Below the pieces are notes generated by a model. That model did not search any database. It was not told where the DNA came from and saw only the letters and a list, made by a program, of their open reading frames with translations. Source: Macrostomum lignano (Eukaryota). Taken from it: a stretch of 64,000 bases of DNA. The stretch lies in the NCBI GenBank assembly GCA_002269645.1, contig NIVC01000067.1:62001-126000 (forward strand), in the 5' to 3' direction. This document shows, in pieces, positions 62,951-64,000 of the stretch. Each line of letters opens with the position of its first letter. Within the stretch, counting starts at the first letter, position 1. Position numbers and translations under genes: made by a program.

Positions 62951-63769
62951 TTACTGCACGATGGCATTAAGTGCGTCAGGAAGTGTTATTTTCAAACTCA
63001 ATGAACGCCATTTCATCTGCCAAGGACATTATTCAGGTGTTGAGTTGTCACCTAAGGTTGGTGTTATGATAATTAAGGTGCCGTCAGCAACATCATTTCA
63101 GGCAGCAAGACGTCATGCAATTCATTCGTCAAGGGAGCAGAGGGAGTCAGTCTCTTTGCTGTCAATAATATTTCAAACCCGCGGACAGACGGCACATTCA
63201 AACCCTGCCGATTTGCCACAGAAGCGGGCGATAAACTATAAAAAAATCAGCGACAAAAAATATGAGTAAGTGGGGAAGAAGCGGGCGATAAAGTTGGGAA
63301 CAGATCCCTAGACTTCGGGGCATTTCGGTGACTAAATTCGGCAATATAACGCCATAAGTGTTTTTTCGGTGTCAACCGCCATTCTTATCCGGCTCTTCTT
63401 CTATAAAAGCAACAGAAATATACTCGCTGCTAAAGGTTGGCATTCAATTTTCTGAAAAAGCCGCCAAAGAGAAGAGTATCGACAGCCACAAGGAATTTGG
63501 CGCTTAATTGAGGGAAGAAGGGTGTCAAATGGCGTCAAATATTTTATTGTCTTTCACGCTCACGCCAGCCTTTGGCCATTAAATTCTCCATGGAGTGCGG
63601 CAGCCCCCCTCACTTAAACACTGTAAAAATTAAAAGCAGGAGCTGCCGTCAGCGCCTTGTGGCGCATTCTTGGCGGCTTGCTTGCTTCTGCGAGAGTGAA
63701 AGCTGAAAAAGCAATCTCGCGTGTTAACCTATCACCTCATTCTGTTCTTCATGCCAGCTCTTCATGCAC

Positions 63770-64000
63770 CCCTGCCCCATCTAGCACACGCAGACACAGC
63801 ACCTCTGTCCCATCTAGCACACACAGACACAGCACCTCTGTCCCCATCTAGCACACACAGACACAGCACCCATGTCCCATCTAGCACACACAGACACAGC
63901 ACCTCTGTCCCCATCTAGCACACACAGACACACAGCACCCCTGTCCCATCTAGCACACGCAGACACAGCACCTCTGTCCCATCTAGCACACACAGACACA
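63770..64000. repeat. 33-34-bp minisatellite (ctagcacacacagacacagcacctctgtcccat), runs off the window
   Basis: ctagcac recurs at 63781, 63814 and 63848. Confidence 0.9.

Noticed and set aside
62178-63269. Short ORFs between the terminal minisatellites
   Set aside because: No recognisable motifs, codon bias or consistent splice chain.

Overview
Eukaryotic (animal) genomic DNA with GT-AG introns and many minisatellites. The style suggests a free-living flatworm such as Macrostomum, but that is inference only. All gene models were assembled by hand from splice signals and remembered protein motifs; no database search was run. Left to right: (1) a 26-exon sushi/CCP-like module array built from a repeating A-B-C exon triad; (2) a 2-exon adenosine-receptor-like GPCR; (3) a 2-exon calmodulin/myosin-light-chain-like EF-hand gene; (4) a 2-exon HSBP1-like gene missed by the ORF track; (5) an intronless eIF2-alpha-kinase-family gene fused to two U1/JAZ-type zinc fingers, six tandem TQT (dynein light chain LC8-type) motifs and a C-terminal coiled coil, broken by one frameshift at an A7 run; (6) a GBA2 (GH116) pseudogene; (7) two tandem Delta-like C2-DSL-EGF-TM paralogues whose tails carry NPVY/YxxP/PxLPPRP motifs, with inverted satellite arrays around the second; (8) a poorly resolved putative type-I membrane gene containing a 63-bp array; (9) a 9-exon smoothelin-like gene with inverted decamer arrays around exons 3-4; (10) a repeat-dominated tail. 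The best candidate for an undescribed system is the kinase, a possible PKR analogue that could sense dsRNA through zinc fingers and dimerise through an LC8 ladder. The Delta-like pair with receptor-type tails is second.
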